Shown piece by piece: positions 38,383 through 51,181 of a stretch of DNA of 64,000 nt. Source of the stretch: Moniliella sp. 'wahieum' (lineage: Eukaryota); assembly GCA_003971905.1 (NCBI GenBank), contig RSEE01000044.1:62001-126000 (forward strand), read 5' to 3'. The translations under genes and the position numbers were made by a program. The notes under the pieces were generated by a model. It was not told the origin of the DNA, did not search any database, and worked only from the letters and a program-made list of their open reading frames with translations. How positions within the stretch are numbered: position 1 is the first letter of the stretch; the number at the start of each line of letters is the position of its first letter.

Positions 38383-40222
38383 CTAGCTGTGTTGCAAAGC
38401 AGGTGAGGGGGCACGCGAACAGTCGGACGACGAGGCGGAATCGATGGCCGACGAGGAAGGAGGCAGGTCCTGGTCCTGGGCGGAGCTGGTGTGCATACTA
38501 CGCAGATGCGCCCTTGGATCCTTCGAGCCGGGATTGGTCCCGGCCGCAATGGCCGCCGCAGCGAGCGAGGCACGTCGACTGACCAACCCGGTGCTGGGCA
38601 CAGCTCCAGGAACGGGGGAGGTGGTAGAAGAAGAGTGGTGAGCTTGGGACAGCGGCGCCAGACCTGCTGGTAAGCCGGCCAAGATGCCACTTTTACCCGA
38701 CGACATGGACGACCGGGCTTCGCGTTGGCGCCGCGCCGCCGCTGCCGCCGCAGCAATTGAGCCACGTCGTTCCTTCGACCCAGACCCTGCCAGAGGAGAA
38801 GGAGAAGGCGCGGGCGAGCTGGCTCGGGAACGTGAGCATACGCCTGGGCGCCAAAGGAGGACCTCCGGCTCGGTGCCTCTCCCGGCACGGGCGAGGCACG
38901 GGGGGAGCTCGCTGACATGGAAGCTTGGCGGGCTTCACGTTGACGCCGAGCGGCAGCTGCGGCAGCGGCAATGGAGCCACGACGCTCCTTGGGCGCCGAG
39001 CCGGCATGCAGGGCGGACGAGGCTGGGTCGGAGGAGAAGGCGGAAGCCCCAAAAAAGATCGCCGGCCAGGTGCGTCACCAGGAGCAGGCGAGGCACGGGC
39101 CGACCCCACACTAGGAGATGGCGACATGGATGGCGACTGCATCATTGGGGTCAACCCCAGCCCCGACCCACCAAACCGGGTCCGAGCACGGCCAACGGAC
39201 CCAAACCTGCGCAACGTGGTAGGCCGTGCTTGTCCCGCAGCCGAGGAGGCGTGGGACGAAACGGATTCCGTATCGGACACCTCGTCCTCCGAAGGCGGAT
39301 ACGACCGGTTGGCAGCCACCCTCCGACGTGCCGACGATTTGGCTTGCATTTCTTCGGCACCCCTCCCGAATCGGAATTGGCCTGGGCCCATTTTGTGCAT
39401 GTAAAAGCACTCGTCTCCAAAGGGACAAAAGGGTCCGTGAGACGAACGAAGGGACTTGGCAAAGTACCGACATGGAATGCTTTTCTTGGGTGCCATCGCT
39501 GCATCAATCCGATCCATCTTGGCTTGTCCAACCAAGAAATCATGGGAGCCTACACAGATTAGGGACTGTGTCCGACATAGGGGACAGCACTTAAAGTTGC
39601 TCGTCAGCTCATCTTGGTCCGAGGTGGTGCCTTGCTGCCGCCATTGGCGGAGGCACGAGGCACAAAACGGATGGTCGCAATTCCTGAGCAGGCCATACAC
39701 TCGCGGAATATCCCCACAGATGGAACAGGCCGGCCGAGGGAGAGATGGGTCCGATGCTTGCTCGGGGGACGGATCTTCCAGAGGAGGCTCATGCTCAGGG
39801 CTCTGCTCCGAGCCGTTGGTAGAGTGTGTGGAACTGGAGCTGCTGCGACGTCGATGGCCAGACTCTGGACCATCGGGGGAGCGGGGAGGCGAGTTGGAGC
39901 GGTTTTGCGGGGCTCGGTGGAGGCGGCCTAGAGGACGAAAGCCCTCGGGATAAGCAACCGACGGCACCGTGCGCCGTCGGGGACCCAGGGGGCGGGGGAC
40001 CGACGTGTCCTGCGCGGGCTCATCGCCCTCGACAGAATGGACATCGCCGCTGGCAGAAGCTGGAACCTCATCCTGGGAAGCGCGGTCGTCGTTGTGGCTA
40101 TAATCGGGGCGGGCACTGGAGCTGCTGTCGGTGTGCACGAGCGGTGGCGACTGGGGCACGGCCGACTCGTTTGACGGTGTCATGGCAAGCATTGGAGGCA
40201 GTAGAGAGGCATGAGAAGGCAT
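38383..40222 (-). CDS. makorin-like RING + CCCH zinc-finger protein (putative E3 ligase)
   Basis: CSICGDIPRVYGLLRNCDHPFCASCLRQWR...CPLCR (C3HC4), then IPCRYF...CPFGDECFYMH (makorin C-terminal CCCH). Flanks are low complexity; 3' end uncertain. Confidence 0.88.
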
Positions 40223-41649
40223 GGCGGGCACTGCGCGAGAGAGAATGGGATGCTGCAGGAGGGGTGGTGGTGCAGGGAAGATGGCGTGTAGTAGGGCCCC
40301 ACGACAGCAACCTGGAGTTGGCCGCGCAGGGAGGTGCTGTCGGGTATGCTCGACCGCAATCATAACAAAGCGAAGAAATCCCAGAAGCAAAACTAGCAAT
40401 CAAATTGATCACCTCGCTCATCGATCACCGGTCACTGGCCGCGAGCGGAAGTTCGTCACCAAGCAAGTCACCATTTCACACGTACGTTCTAGCGGCCATC
40501 GCGCCCGCTCGTCGACCCTGCGCCTGGGAGGCCACTGGCCACTGGCAGCGCTCCAGCGCTCCAGCAGGCTCCAGCTCCAGTCTGCTCCTTTCCTTGGATC
40601 TAGATGCGAACCCCCTCGAGTCCCCCACCGCGACGGCAGCCACCAAGTCCTGGCCGAGCATCGAGAAGCGGGCACCGTGCTGGGTTGGTTTCGCCGTTCA
40701 AACCACAACCCCACGCAGTGCCCCTGCGCCGGAGCCTGCAGCGCGATGAGCTCCCGCACTGCGGGCGTATCCAGACACAGTCCCCTGAAACGCCGCTGAC
40801 TCCGACACTGGTGGCATGCTTGTGTTACATGCTACTGGCACGGGGCACACCACAGCCCCTTTACATTTCAGTTTACGTTTCACGCTTGGACAGAACAAAC
40901 GCCACGGCCGCAAGCACCCTCCTGCCCTCTCCTGCCCCCCTGCCCCCCCCTGTCCCCTGCTTGGAACTACTAGCCCCTTCGTTCATCGATCATCGGTCGT
41001 CATGCATCAAACTTCAAGTTTCCACCGCGTCATCATGTCAGATGTCGCGTGGTCACGTGCCGTAGACTGAGCCAGCGGTACCAGCCATAGGGGTTAGGTT
41101 GGTTAGGGTTTCTATTGTCGTTTCACATTTCAGATGCAGCCCGCTAGGTGAACGTAGAGTGGACACGTTGGCTTTGCGTTCGGGCCACCCTACATGGGCA
41201 AGGCCAGCGCAAGCGCCTAGGTTCGAGTGTGCGGCTCAAGCTGCTCAAGGCCTCCCTCTTGGAATTCAGCAACGGTGTCCTTACTTCAAGTCTTGAAGCT
41301 GGAGAGCTTGGGGAGACCAGTTTTCAGCACCCGTCCTGAACAAATTTTTGTCTCACTGCCACAAGACGTTGAACAAAACGTTTTGCACGAGGGCATCGGC
41401 GCTCCCGCTATTTTGCTATGCACACTGATGCGTATACTGTTTCCATAGCATTTTTCAAACGAGAATAGACCTGACAAAGGCTTCGTCTATCAGACTCTCT
41501 CATCGTGGCGCATTCTTACCAACGTGACATCGAAGAGGCTCTACTGTAGCAAGGTGCACTATGGACCCCATTTGGTGCATGCAGCATGTACAACGTTGCA
41601 CTTGTTTAGATATATCAACACATGATCAGCATGGATGAGTCCGCCTCAT

Positions 41650-42813
41650 TTACTTGTCAACGTCCAGCACGATACGGCCGGCAAGCTTGCCATGGTGCAT
41701 GTCGTCGTACACCGAGTTGAGCTCCGAGAGGCCCTTGAGCTGGTAGATCACCTTGACCTTGCCGCGCTCGGCAAGGGCGAGCGACTCGATGGCGTCCTGC
41801 CGGTTGCCGACAATGGAGCCAACAATCGTCTTGGCGGTGACGGTCGTGTCGAACACGTCGGCCTTGATCACCGTACCGGGAGGCATGCCGACAGTAACGA
41901 GGTGCCGCGCGGGCGAATGTAAGCCAGGCCCTGGGTGTAGGCCGAGTCACTGGCAGCAGCGACAACGGCCGCATGCGCACCAAGCCCATCCGTCAGCGCC
42001 TTGACGTCGGCCACAATATCCTTCGACTCCTTAAAGTCAATCCAGGCGTCGGCACCCAGCTTCTCGCACAGTGCCTTCTTCTCAGCACCCGTGTCGATGG
42101 CGATGACGCGGTAGCCAAAGGCAGCAGCGTACTGCACACCCAAGTGGCCCAGACCGCCGCCAGCACCGGGCAGGACAACCCACTGACCAGGCTCGAGCTT
42201 GGCCTCCTTCAGGGCACGGTAGATGGTGACACCTGCGCACAGGATCGGCGCAGCGTCGACAAGAGCCAGACCGTCCGGAATCTTGGTCACATACTTGGCC
42301 GTCGAGACAACGTACTGCTGGAACGTGCCGTCGACCGTGTATCCCGAGTTCTGCAGGTGGATGCAGTTGGACTCGTAGCCAACGCGGCAGTAGTCGCAGT
42401 TAAGGCAAGCATCCGCTACCCACTTGATGCCCACGCGGTCGCCCTTCTTGACCCATTGGTCCGAACCAGTACCGAGCTTGACAACCACACCCGCACCCTC
42501 GTGGCCTCCGACCAGGGGCTCGCCCGTCGCCTCCACCTTGGTCGCCAAGGGCCAGTCGCCAAGCATGGCGTGCAGGTCACTGTACAATAAGGGTCAGCCA
42601 CTCATGCTGCCGAAATATCGAGAACGGCAAGAAGGAAACATACGTGTGGCAGACGCCCGAGTAGGTAATGCGCACCAGCACCTCACCCTCCTTGAGCTGG
42701 ATGGCCGAAGGGTCGTACTTGACAAACTCAATGGGCCCACCCTTCTTGGTGAAGACAGCCTTGGTGGCAGCCTGGGGCACGTCGAGCTGCGTCTCGCGAA
42801 TGTCAGCGGTCAT
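41650..42813 (-). CDS. ADH1: zinc-dependent alcohol dehydrogenase (Adh1-type), copy A
   Basis: [31 protein letters not shown]...[38 protein letters not shown]. Intron at about 42582-42643. Confidence 0.97.
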
Positions 42814-42901
42814 GGTGGCAGCGGAAGATGAAGGTAGTAGTGGTGGGGGTGGAGGGGGGGGTGGGGATGATGGGAGCAAGTCGAACGACATCTTTCGGCC
42901 G

Positions 42902-42910
42902 CTTTTATAC
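42902..42910 (-). promoter_or_regulatory. TATA box of ADH copy A
   Basis: Minus strand GGTATAAAAG about 90 nt upstream of the ATG. Confidence 0.55.
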
Positions 42911-45522
42911 CCAGGGGCCTACGCCACAGGCGCACGCCCTGCGCCTACTACTGTGTGGGGAGAGAGCGAACCCCTTTCGACGATAGCAATCTCCCCATGG
43001 CTGGGCCCGTGCTGCCCGATGCTCTCTCTGGGCCAGTCATCAGGTCATATAACCTGCATCATGCTCCCAGGGTTCAGCCGGAACAGTCAGTTAACCGCAG
43101 CGTGCCATTAGATGGCAACAAGAAACAGGGTAGAAGGCGCAGGCCCAGTCTCCGAGGCACAAGAGGCTGTGGCTTTTGGAACACGTTTTCGTATTACTCG
43201 ACGATCAATAACGTACGTTCGGTTGAACGTTCAGACGTTCAGGTCAGGTACAGCTGGTACAGCCCGAGACTGTGCTGTTCGAATTGGGCACTGGGCCACC
43301 TTGAGCTTGATCCCTCGCCAAGTGGAGGTCACCCACTTATCGGCAGCGGATGGGACAGATCCATGCAGCGCGCTCCTACTTGGAGAAGGAAGAAGCACGA
43401 CACAGTCTTGTATACTATGCGCACACACCCACCTACGCCGGAGCGGGGGCTTGCGGCGGGCGCGGGGCGGTTGGGTGTGCCGCGAACGCTGCTGGGCCTT
43501 GGGTGGTCATTAACATGAATCATTCCCATTATGCCGATCGCACCCCCATCCCACCGGCTTCAAGCATTCTGTGGTTGTGTGGTGGAGGCTGGTGCCGCCG
43601 GAACCCCACGCAGTTACGGAGGCCGTGTAACAATGCGTGCGGGGTACGACACGCTGTGTAGAGCCGAATTGCCGTCGGATCCCACGCGGGGTGGAGAGAG
43701 GCTCATGCTAATCCTTGGGGACAAAGGGAGACGCCCAAAAACGGTGGGATCCGCGGCCCCGGGGTGGCCCAACGAGCGGTACCCTGCAACATGTAAGGCC
43801 CACGGGGCAGCGCGACAGTTGATCCGGACGAGCTGCGCTGGGTGGGCGCCAGGGGCACACGGGCAGTGGAGGCAGCAACGGGCCCCACACGCCGGCTAGC
43901 GACCAGCGACCAGACACAGGAGAGCTGGTCCAGTCACTACTAGCCCACGTCAGCCAGGGCGTGCCAGGCTATGGCGCCGCCGCTAGAGGGCCATGTGCCG
44001 TGTCATAATGCTAGAGCTGCGGACACTTGCGGGGTCCCGGCTGGGGCACACTGCCTCTGCGCCGGTGCGGCGTTAGTGCAACAAGCGACGCATCCAGCCC
44101 TGAGCCGCGGTTCTGAGCTCTCTCTGAGCTCTGGGATCTGAGCCTCTGAGCTGCGCTGCTGCGCCTCAGCTCGGCGCGTTGCGGGCAGGCGACAGCAATC
44201 ATCGTCATCGTCATCGATCATCGAGCAGGCATCATCCATCCTCTCCTCTTCTGATGCACGTGCTGATTGGCTGGCCTCAGTTGAAATGTTGAGGTGCTTG
44301 GTGTTGAACGTTTGAACGTTACGTCAAACCGTCCCGGCTAGTTCCGCCCCGAGTCGTTACCTGTCAGATGGGTTCACTCCTTTCTTCCCTCCCTCCACCC
44401 ATCTGTCTTCACCTTCTGTCTGCGTCTGCATCCCCACAGAACGTTGACCGATGAAGCTTGAAGTTCGATGTTGAACGTTCCTTCAGTACTCAGTTGAACC
44501 CAAGTTGACGATTACAAGCTGTAAGGACTGAGCTGCACACACGCGTGGGTCGTCAGTAATAGCCTTGCACCAGGCGGCTCCGTTCGCCACAGTTCCGCAG
44601 CCCCCCCCTTGTTGGGGCTATCCGTCCATTTCCATAATCAATGGCACTTTCACCACGTCTATACCCACGTGATCCTCCCTGCAAGATCCCACCAAGCACC
44701 ACAGACGAAGAGTTATGAGAAGGTGATGCTGCTTGTTTCAAAGTCTTTCTTTACCTCAGCTTCTTTTTGGCTTCCAAGTGGTCCTGGTGTGGTGAATTTC
44801 GGCATATACCAATATCATCTTCGTTTTGTTTCCTCCTTCATTTACTCGAAAGTTAATGACTGCCCATCCCATCATCTCATCCTTCTAGATCCATTTTCTG
44901 GGGTCAGGGCGTTGTCGACCCACTCAGCTAGGTCCAAGCATTTGAGTGCTCAGTCGCTGAGCGCTGACGGCTGACAACACGCTGACGGCTCTGGCTAAAA
45001 GTCTCGTCAGTGCGCTCTCTCAGCACGGCGTTTCCCTCTACCTGTATCCGGATGTCAATCGTTCTGGTTGTATAACTACACTCCATAGTTTCTGTCATTG
45101 ATATAAGCCGCAGCGAGCCCACCACAGCTTCTTCATCGTCATGGGGCACGGTTGCTTGCAGCAAACTATTAATACATCTGTGTTGGTGTTGCGTTTTGCT
45201 TCCCTACGTACTGGCGTCATATACGAGCCTTCTTCTATGACTGTGTCCTGCGCGGCCGAGGTGCATGTGGCATGATATGATTTCTTCCTCAGCAGCTGAG
45301 AGCTTTGGCTCAGCAGTTCCTAAGTCTGTTCCTGTGGTTTCGTGCATGTGCTGAGAGCGCTGAGAACCCGAACAGCAGCTGCTGTCACTGCGCTGCTGGT
45401 GTCGTGCGCACAAACCAGCAAAGGAAGTGCGATCCAATGGCTATAGCTCCCCCTGTGTCTATGCCCGGCATCAGAATCCGTGCACGCCTCTCGTCAGATA
45501 CGCCTTTCCCCCTTGATACGAA

Positions 45523-45530
45523 TATAAATA
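45523..45530 (+). promoter_or_regulatory. TATA box of ADH copy B
   Basis: TATAAATA about 85 nt upstream of the ATG at 45611. Confidence 0.55.
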
Positions 45531-45610
45531 GCCCTACACACGCCTCCCCTCACGACGACCCACCATCAGCTCCATCTCTCCCACCTTTTACCTCCTCTTT
45601 ATTGCACATC

Positions 45611-46776
45611 ATGACCGACGTCCGTGAACAGCAACTGGACGTGCCCAACACAGCCGTCAAAGCCATCTTTGACAAGATCGGTGGCCCAATCAAGTTTGTC
45701 AAGTACGACCCCAACAAGGTTGAGCTCAAGCCTGGCGAAGTCCTCGTCCGCATCACCTACACTGGTGTCTGTCACACGTATGTTGCCCTCCTCTTCACCA
45801 CACCCGCTGTTGTGCATGGTTTAAACAGGACAACTGACATGTAGACAGCGATCTGCACGCTCTCTGGGCGACTGGCCTCTCCCCACCAAACTTGAAACGA
45901 CGGGGGAACCGCTTGTGGGAGGACACGAGGGTGCTGGTGTGGTGGTCAAGCTTGGCACCGGTTCGGATGAATGGGTGTCCAAGGGCGAACGTGTGGGCAT
46001 CAAATGGGTCGCATCCGCCTGCCTCAACTGCGAGTACTGTCGCCTGGGCTTTGAGCCCAACTGTGTCCATCTCCAGAACTCGGGGTACCATGTTGATGGT
46101 ACCTTCCAGCAATACGTCGTGGCCCCTGCCAAATACGTCACGCCCATCCCTGATGACCTGCCGCTGGTTGATGCCGCCCCGATCTTGTGCGCCGGTGTGA
46201 CGACTTACCGTGCGCTCAAGGAGGCCAACCTGAACGTTGGCGACTGGGTTGTCATCCCTGGTGCCGGTGGTGGCCTGGGCCATTTGGGCGTGCAGTTTGC
46301 TGTGGCGATGGGATACCGTGTGATTGGCATCGACACTGGCGCCGAAAAGAAGGCGCTGGTGAGCAAATGGGTGCGGATGCCTGGCTCGACTTTAAAGAAT
46401 CCAAGGACACTGTGAGTGACATCAAGTCTTTGACTGGCGGTCTGGGTGCTCATGCGGCCGTTGTGGCAGCTGCAGCCGAAGCGGCTTACACCAAGGTCTC
46501 GCCTACATCCGTCCGCGCGGCACCCTCGTGGCTGTCGGCATGCCTCCTGGCACCTTTATCAAAGCTGATGTCTTCGACACCACCGTCACTGCCAAACGCA
46601 TCGTTGGTTCCATTGTGGGCAACCGCCAGGACGCAATTGAAGCCCTTCGCCTCGCCGAGCGGGGCAAGGTCAAGGTCATTTACCACATGCGTGGTCTTTC
46701 TCAGCTCAACGAGGTATACAAGGAGATGCACCAAGGCAAGCTGGCTGGTCGCATCGTGCTTGATGTGGACAAGTAA
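45611..46776 (+). CDS. zinc-dependent alcohol dehydrogenase (Adh1-type), copy B
   Basis: Same motif set as copy A ([45 protein letters not shown]). Intron at about 45778-45849 in the same codon position as copy A. Confidence 0.96.
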
Positions 46777-47330
46777 ATCTTTTGTGCCCTGGCTGGGTTT
46801 CTTGCTTCTACACTATATGACCGTACAACGTTTCTACACGCCCCACCATCGCTGTGTACTAAGCCAATGAAGAAACCAAGGGGGAAATGTGATACTTTAT
46901 GACTTGTGCTTGGATACGCGTATATAGCCACCCGTACAGAAGTAGCAGCATTATGTGGTTTGAGCAGTTAGCTGGGACATGTTCCTTTTCCTGGAACTCG
47001 GGTCTACAGGGTGATCAAAATCATTTGGCTCTGGGCGGCAAGGCGGTTCATTCTCTTTTCAAGGACCAAGTCCTCTTGCACATTCGCTGTCGCTGCTTCG
47101 AAGTCATTGTAGCACCTGTTCTACGATCCGTCTCGTTCAGGGCGATTGCGAGCCCGCCCATGCATATGGCACTTCTTGTTAGGAAATGGACAGTGTGCGG
47201 TTCATCACTGGGGCCAGTCTAGCTTATTTGAGCAACATGACCCTGCCTAATCCTGTCTATGGAGTCTATTAGCCTAAGAATGCAAAGAAGATGGTTAAAG
47301 GGTCAAAACAAAAGCGATCCATGCCCACTG

Positions 47331-49045
47331 TTACTGGAAGGTAATGACTTGCTGGTCATACCCCACACGGAATGCTGGGACATGGAAACCTGGCGAGGTG
47401 CTGCTGTGGGCCGTCGTCTCAGTCTGAGCCTGCTTCACCAATTGCTCCACTTGCTCGCGCACGGTACTGTTCACCAGCTTGGTCTGCAGTCGACCTGTCC
47501 CTTCCGATTCGTTCTCTTTCCAGTAGGGATGCCACCAGCACGCACCCTTGCTGGCTTGTGGTGTCCCCTGCTGGGGCACCATCTTGCTGTATGGGCCGCG
47601 TGCGACAGGAGGGATTGCCCACCAGCTACCCACATCGGGGCATGCCCGGAGCATGCTCTGTCGCAGAGCGGCAGCGGCTTCGGCCCCTTGTTCGCGCTCG
47701 ACGCGATCCACTTGCGCTTGGGCGACCTGGGCAATCAAACGCAGTCTCCTTCCCATTGGTTCAGTTGCTTGGTTAGAGCCCAGTGCTCGACGTGATGGGT
47801 CATATCTGTCATGAGGACCAATTTTAGCGGGTTGGTGGGGTCCAGACCAAGAGTTGGTCCAACGTTGGCGTCGACAGCCTCGGCCGGCTTGGCCACAACG
47901 GGAGCATCGGACGTGCTCTCGGTGGAATGATAACCCAAAGTGCGGCTTAGGCGGCGCAATACGCCTTGAGGGCGTGGCTCCTTCTCAAAAGCCGGCTGCG
48001 TTTCCTCAATGGGGGTTGGGGTAGAAAGAGGTGGGAGGGGGTTGGCCAGTTGGAGGCTGAACTGGACTGCCTGATCAATTGAGTAATGCGACAAATGCCG
48101 GCTCCACTTGAGCGCATCAATCACGACAACCTCCGACCCTTGCATTCGAGCGACCGTTGAAGGTGGGATTTCGTTCTTTCCAACACTCATATGTCAGCTG
48201 GATGGACCAGAAAAGCATCACTCGGAAGCTGTCAAGCGAGGGAAGACGTACACAGTCCGACACATAACTCAGTTCCCCCACGCGCCATCCAACAAACTCA
48301 AATGCGCCCCCGGCCGGAGTGAGGCCATGCGAAACCGGAAGGGGGACCACCTCCACAGGGCTCTTGCCATCAGGGGAGATGGTAAAGGAGGGCTGCTGCG
48401 GGTCGATAATGTGCCAACGCAGTTGCCCCACACCTCCACCGCCTGTGGCTTTGCTCGGGTCGGCAAGATAGGGAACATATTGCTCACCACATCGAAAGTG
48501 GCCTTGGAAAGGTAGACATCCACGTGGCTCTGCACCGCCCTCCCAATTGTCCAGGCGCGCAGATGATCCAAGCCCAGCACGGCATCAGCATGCCCATGAG
48601 TGAGCAAGACAGCGTCAATGGCGCGCAGATCATGAGCTGCCCAAGCCTTGAAGGCAGCCTCGTAAAATGTGGGCCCACAGTCAATTAAGATGGTTGTTTG
48701 GTCAGACCTCCGCCCAACACCTTCACCATGCTTAGCACCGCCCACAATCACGGCCGCAGTGCAAGTGCGACGGTTGCGGCTCATGTTGCCGTTGATCATC
48801 ACATCGTGGCACGAAGCGCAAGGTTTGTACTTGCGCACCTGCCCGTCCACAGGCTCAAAAGCGTGGGTGAGGCACTGGATAGCCGGCACTTGGCCCGATG
48901 TGCCCGTGCCAAGGAAGATGAACTTGTCGAGCCAAGTACTTTTGACTGGCGGGAGCTCTTCGAGCTTCCCCACCTCCTCTGCAACAGTGGGGGGAGCGAG
49001 TAAGGAGGGCCCGGGGGAGTAAGGTACGTTACTTCCGGGCATCAT
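47331..49045 (-). CDS. metallo-beta-lactamase-fold hydrolase, PhnP-like
   Basis: FLGTGTSG.VP.I.C, C..C, RNRR, ILIDCG, LLTHGHADA..GLD, PLPVSHG, SYVSD, VIDAL, HLSHYS, TDMTH..EH. Intron at about 48197-48251. The C-terminal end is uncertain (47735 or 47331). Confidence 0.85.
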
Positions 49046-49726
49046 TCAGCCCGACAGCAGCCAGGTCGATGTCTAAGGGGGACATGGGGGTGGGGGTGGG
49101 GAGGAAGGATCATCGATAGCAAGGTGGGCTGTAGGAGTGAGACCTGCTGAGAGTCACTAGGTAGAGCTCGCTTACGGCATTGTTACGTTCAACTGCAGCG
49201 TCAAACCCACAATGCTCAATGATTAATGAAGGATGATCTCATCGATGATGCAGGGGTCGCCTTCTTCATTGAGAATCGCTAAGCGCTAAGCCTTGGTGCT
49301 AATCGTTGCCAGTCAACTGCAGTCCTTTCTTGGTCGTCACATTCCGCATGTGTGCACGGCGCACCTACAAGCTGGCCCGCGCTTTCGTGCTCTCGTCGGG
49401 AACGCCCAACATGGAAACCTTGGGCGATCTGATCGCTTTCCATTATGCATCACCAAAACTAATACTGCAAACGTCGTGCAAGCGTGGCGGTATGAACATC
49501 TCTTTTCCAGAGTGCTTCTCGGTGTATTTTTTTCGGTGCGGTGCGCACCTCGTCGAGATTAGGTGTGGTGCATTGGAGTACATGGAAGGAGAGACCAAAC
49601 GATCCATATGAAGGGAATCCCAGTAAGTCACGCAAGGCAGGGCAGCGCCAAGAGATACGCCTTTGAAAAGTGTAGCGTAAGAGTCGGGAGGGCGGGCCCA
49701 CCACGAGAGCGAACGCAAGGGCTGAT

Positions 49727-50341
49727 TTAGAAACCATACACAGCCAACTTTTGGTTGACCTCAGCAAGCGCGCCGGTAGCGCCAGCAAGGGCAACTTGCT
49801 TCTTCTTGAGGGCAGCCACCTTGCGCTCCTGGTAGGCAGCTGCGCGCACAAGACGCTTCTCCTCCAGCTTCGCCACGACACCCTCATACTTCCAGCCAAA
49901 CTCGGAAGAGATGCGCTTAAGAGTAGCATAATTGCGGCCGGGCTTAAGGCGGAGTACACGGAGAGCAGCCGGGACGACAACCTTCTTCTTGGCGTCGTAA
50001 GGCGAGGGAACACCCTCCAGAAGAGTGATCTTGGCCAAAGCCGCCTTGCCACGAGCGGTCTTGTGGGGAATCATGCCACGGATGGCCTTGTGGAGGATGC
50101 GCGAAGGCGCACGCTCGTGCCAAGGCCCGCCCTTAGAGGGGTTGTAGCAGTGAGTCTTGTGAAGGTAAGCATGGTACTTCAACTTGTTGCGGAAGAAGCT
50201 GCCCGACACGTTGATGAGTTCCGAGCGGACAACCACCACAGCCTGGCCCGAAAGGGCCTGTTTGGCCACAACCGAAGCCAAACGGCCGAGCAGGTGGCCC
50301 TTTCCGTCAATCACGACGGGTGAAGCAGACATGGATGACAT
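49727..50341 (-). CDS. RPL16: 60S ribosomal protein L16 (uL13 / L13a)
   Basis: Intact [60 protein letters not shown]. 5'UTR intron at 50347-50401. Confidence 0.98.
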   Translation of the reverse strand: MSSMSASPVVIDGKGHLLGRLASVVAKQALSGQAVVVVRSELINVSGSFFRNKLKYHAYLHKTHCYNPSKGGPWHERAPSRILHKAIRGMIPHKTARGKAALAKITLLEGVPSPYDAKKKVVVPAALRVLRLKPGRNYATLKRISSEFGWKYEGVVAKLEEKRLVRAAAYQERKVAALKKKQVALAGATGALAEVNQKLAVYGF

Positions 50342-50789
50342 GGTTCCTGCGCCACGTCAGCAATCCACACCGCGGTCAACGTCGATGCCGACCAGACTCA
50401 CCTTCGCCTTGACTACCCAGCGTGGTAAAGATGGGCGTCTCGCTGGATGCGCCCAATGCAAGCGGCCTTGCAGAAGATAGGGTTGCGCGTGGTAGGGTTG
50501 GGGAAGATGAGCCGGCGGCCTACGCACTGGAGCAGTATTGATCAATTTAAACATTTTCTGCACACGCCCCCTTGCGACAGCTGCGGCAGCCAGAACGATC
50601 GTTCCCCTTGACCACAAGGGCTCATCCGGGTTGGCTTCGGCAGGTCGCGGCTTGTCACCACCAGCCCGACCGACGCAACAAGAGGTGAGTTGCCGCATCT
50701 CAGAGCACTTACCTTGTTCTCGCCAGCGTCGTTGGTCTCTCTGTGTAGACGGTAAAAGGCCGAGAACTGACACTCTTCTGCAGTCAAAA

Positions 50790-51181
50790 ATGGCGGCCAC
50801 CACCATCCCCATCGTCAAGAAGCGGACCAAGAAGTTTACCCCCCCACCATGCGGACCGCTACAAGCGTCTCGCGACCTCGTGGCGCAAGCCCAAGGGTAT
50901 TGACTCGGTCGTTCGTCGCCGTTTCCGCGACGTCACCAAGATGCCTAAGATTGGGTACGGCTCGAACAGAGACGCGCTACCTGATGCCCAACGGCTTCCG
51001 TCGCTTCGTCGTGTCCAACCCTCAGGACGTGAGCCTGCTGCTCATGCACAACACGACTTACGCTGCCGAGATTGCTCACAACGTTTCTTCCAAGAAGCGC
51101 GTGCTGATCCTTGAGCAGGCCAAGGCTCTTGGCGTCAAGGTGACCAATGCCAACGCCCGGGTTCGCTCGGAAGAGAACTAA
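50790..51181 (+). CDS. RPL32: 60S ribosomal protein L32 (eL32)
   Basis: [70 protein letters not shown]. 5'UTR intron at 50685-50783. Confidence 0.97.

Noticed and set aside
47331..49045. Persulfide dioxygenase (ETHE1) partnering the SQR as a sulfide-oxidation cluster
   Set aside because: The motifs (LGTGTS, C..C, THGHADA) fit the PhnP-like MBL group rather than ETHE1, and the gene is about 18 kb from SQR.
50685..50783. Intronic snoRNA in ribosomal-protein or eIF4A leader introns
   Set aside because: No C box (TGATGA) paired with a terminal D box, and no H/ACA architecture, was visible.
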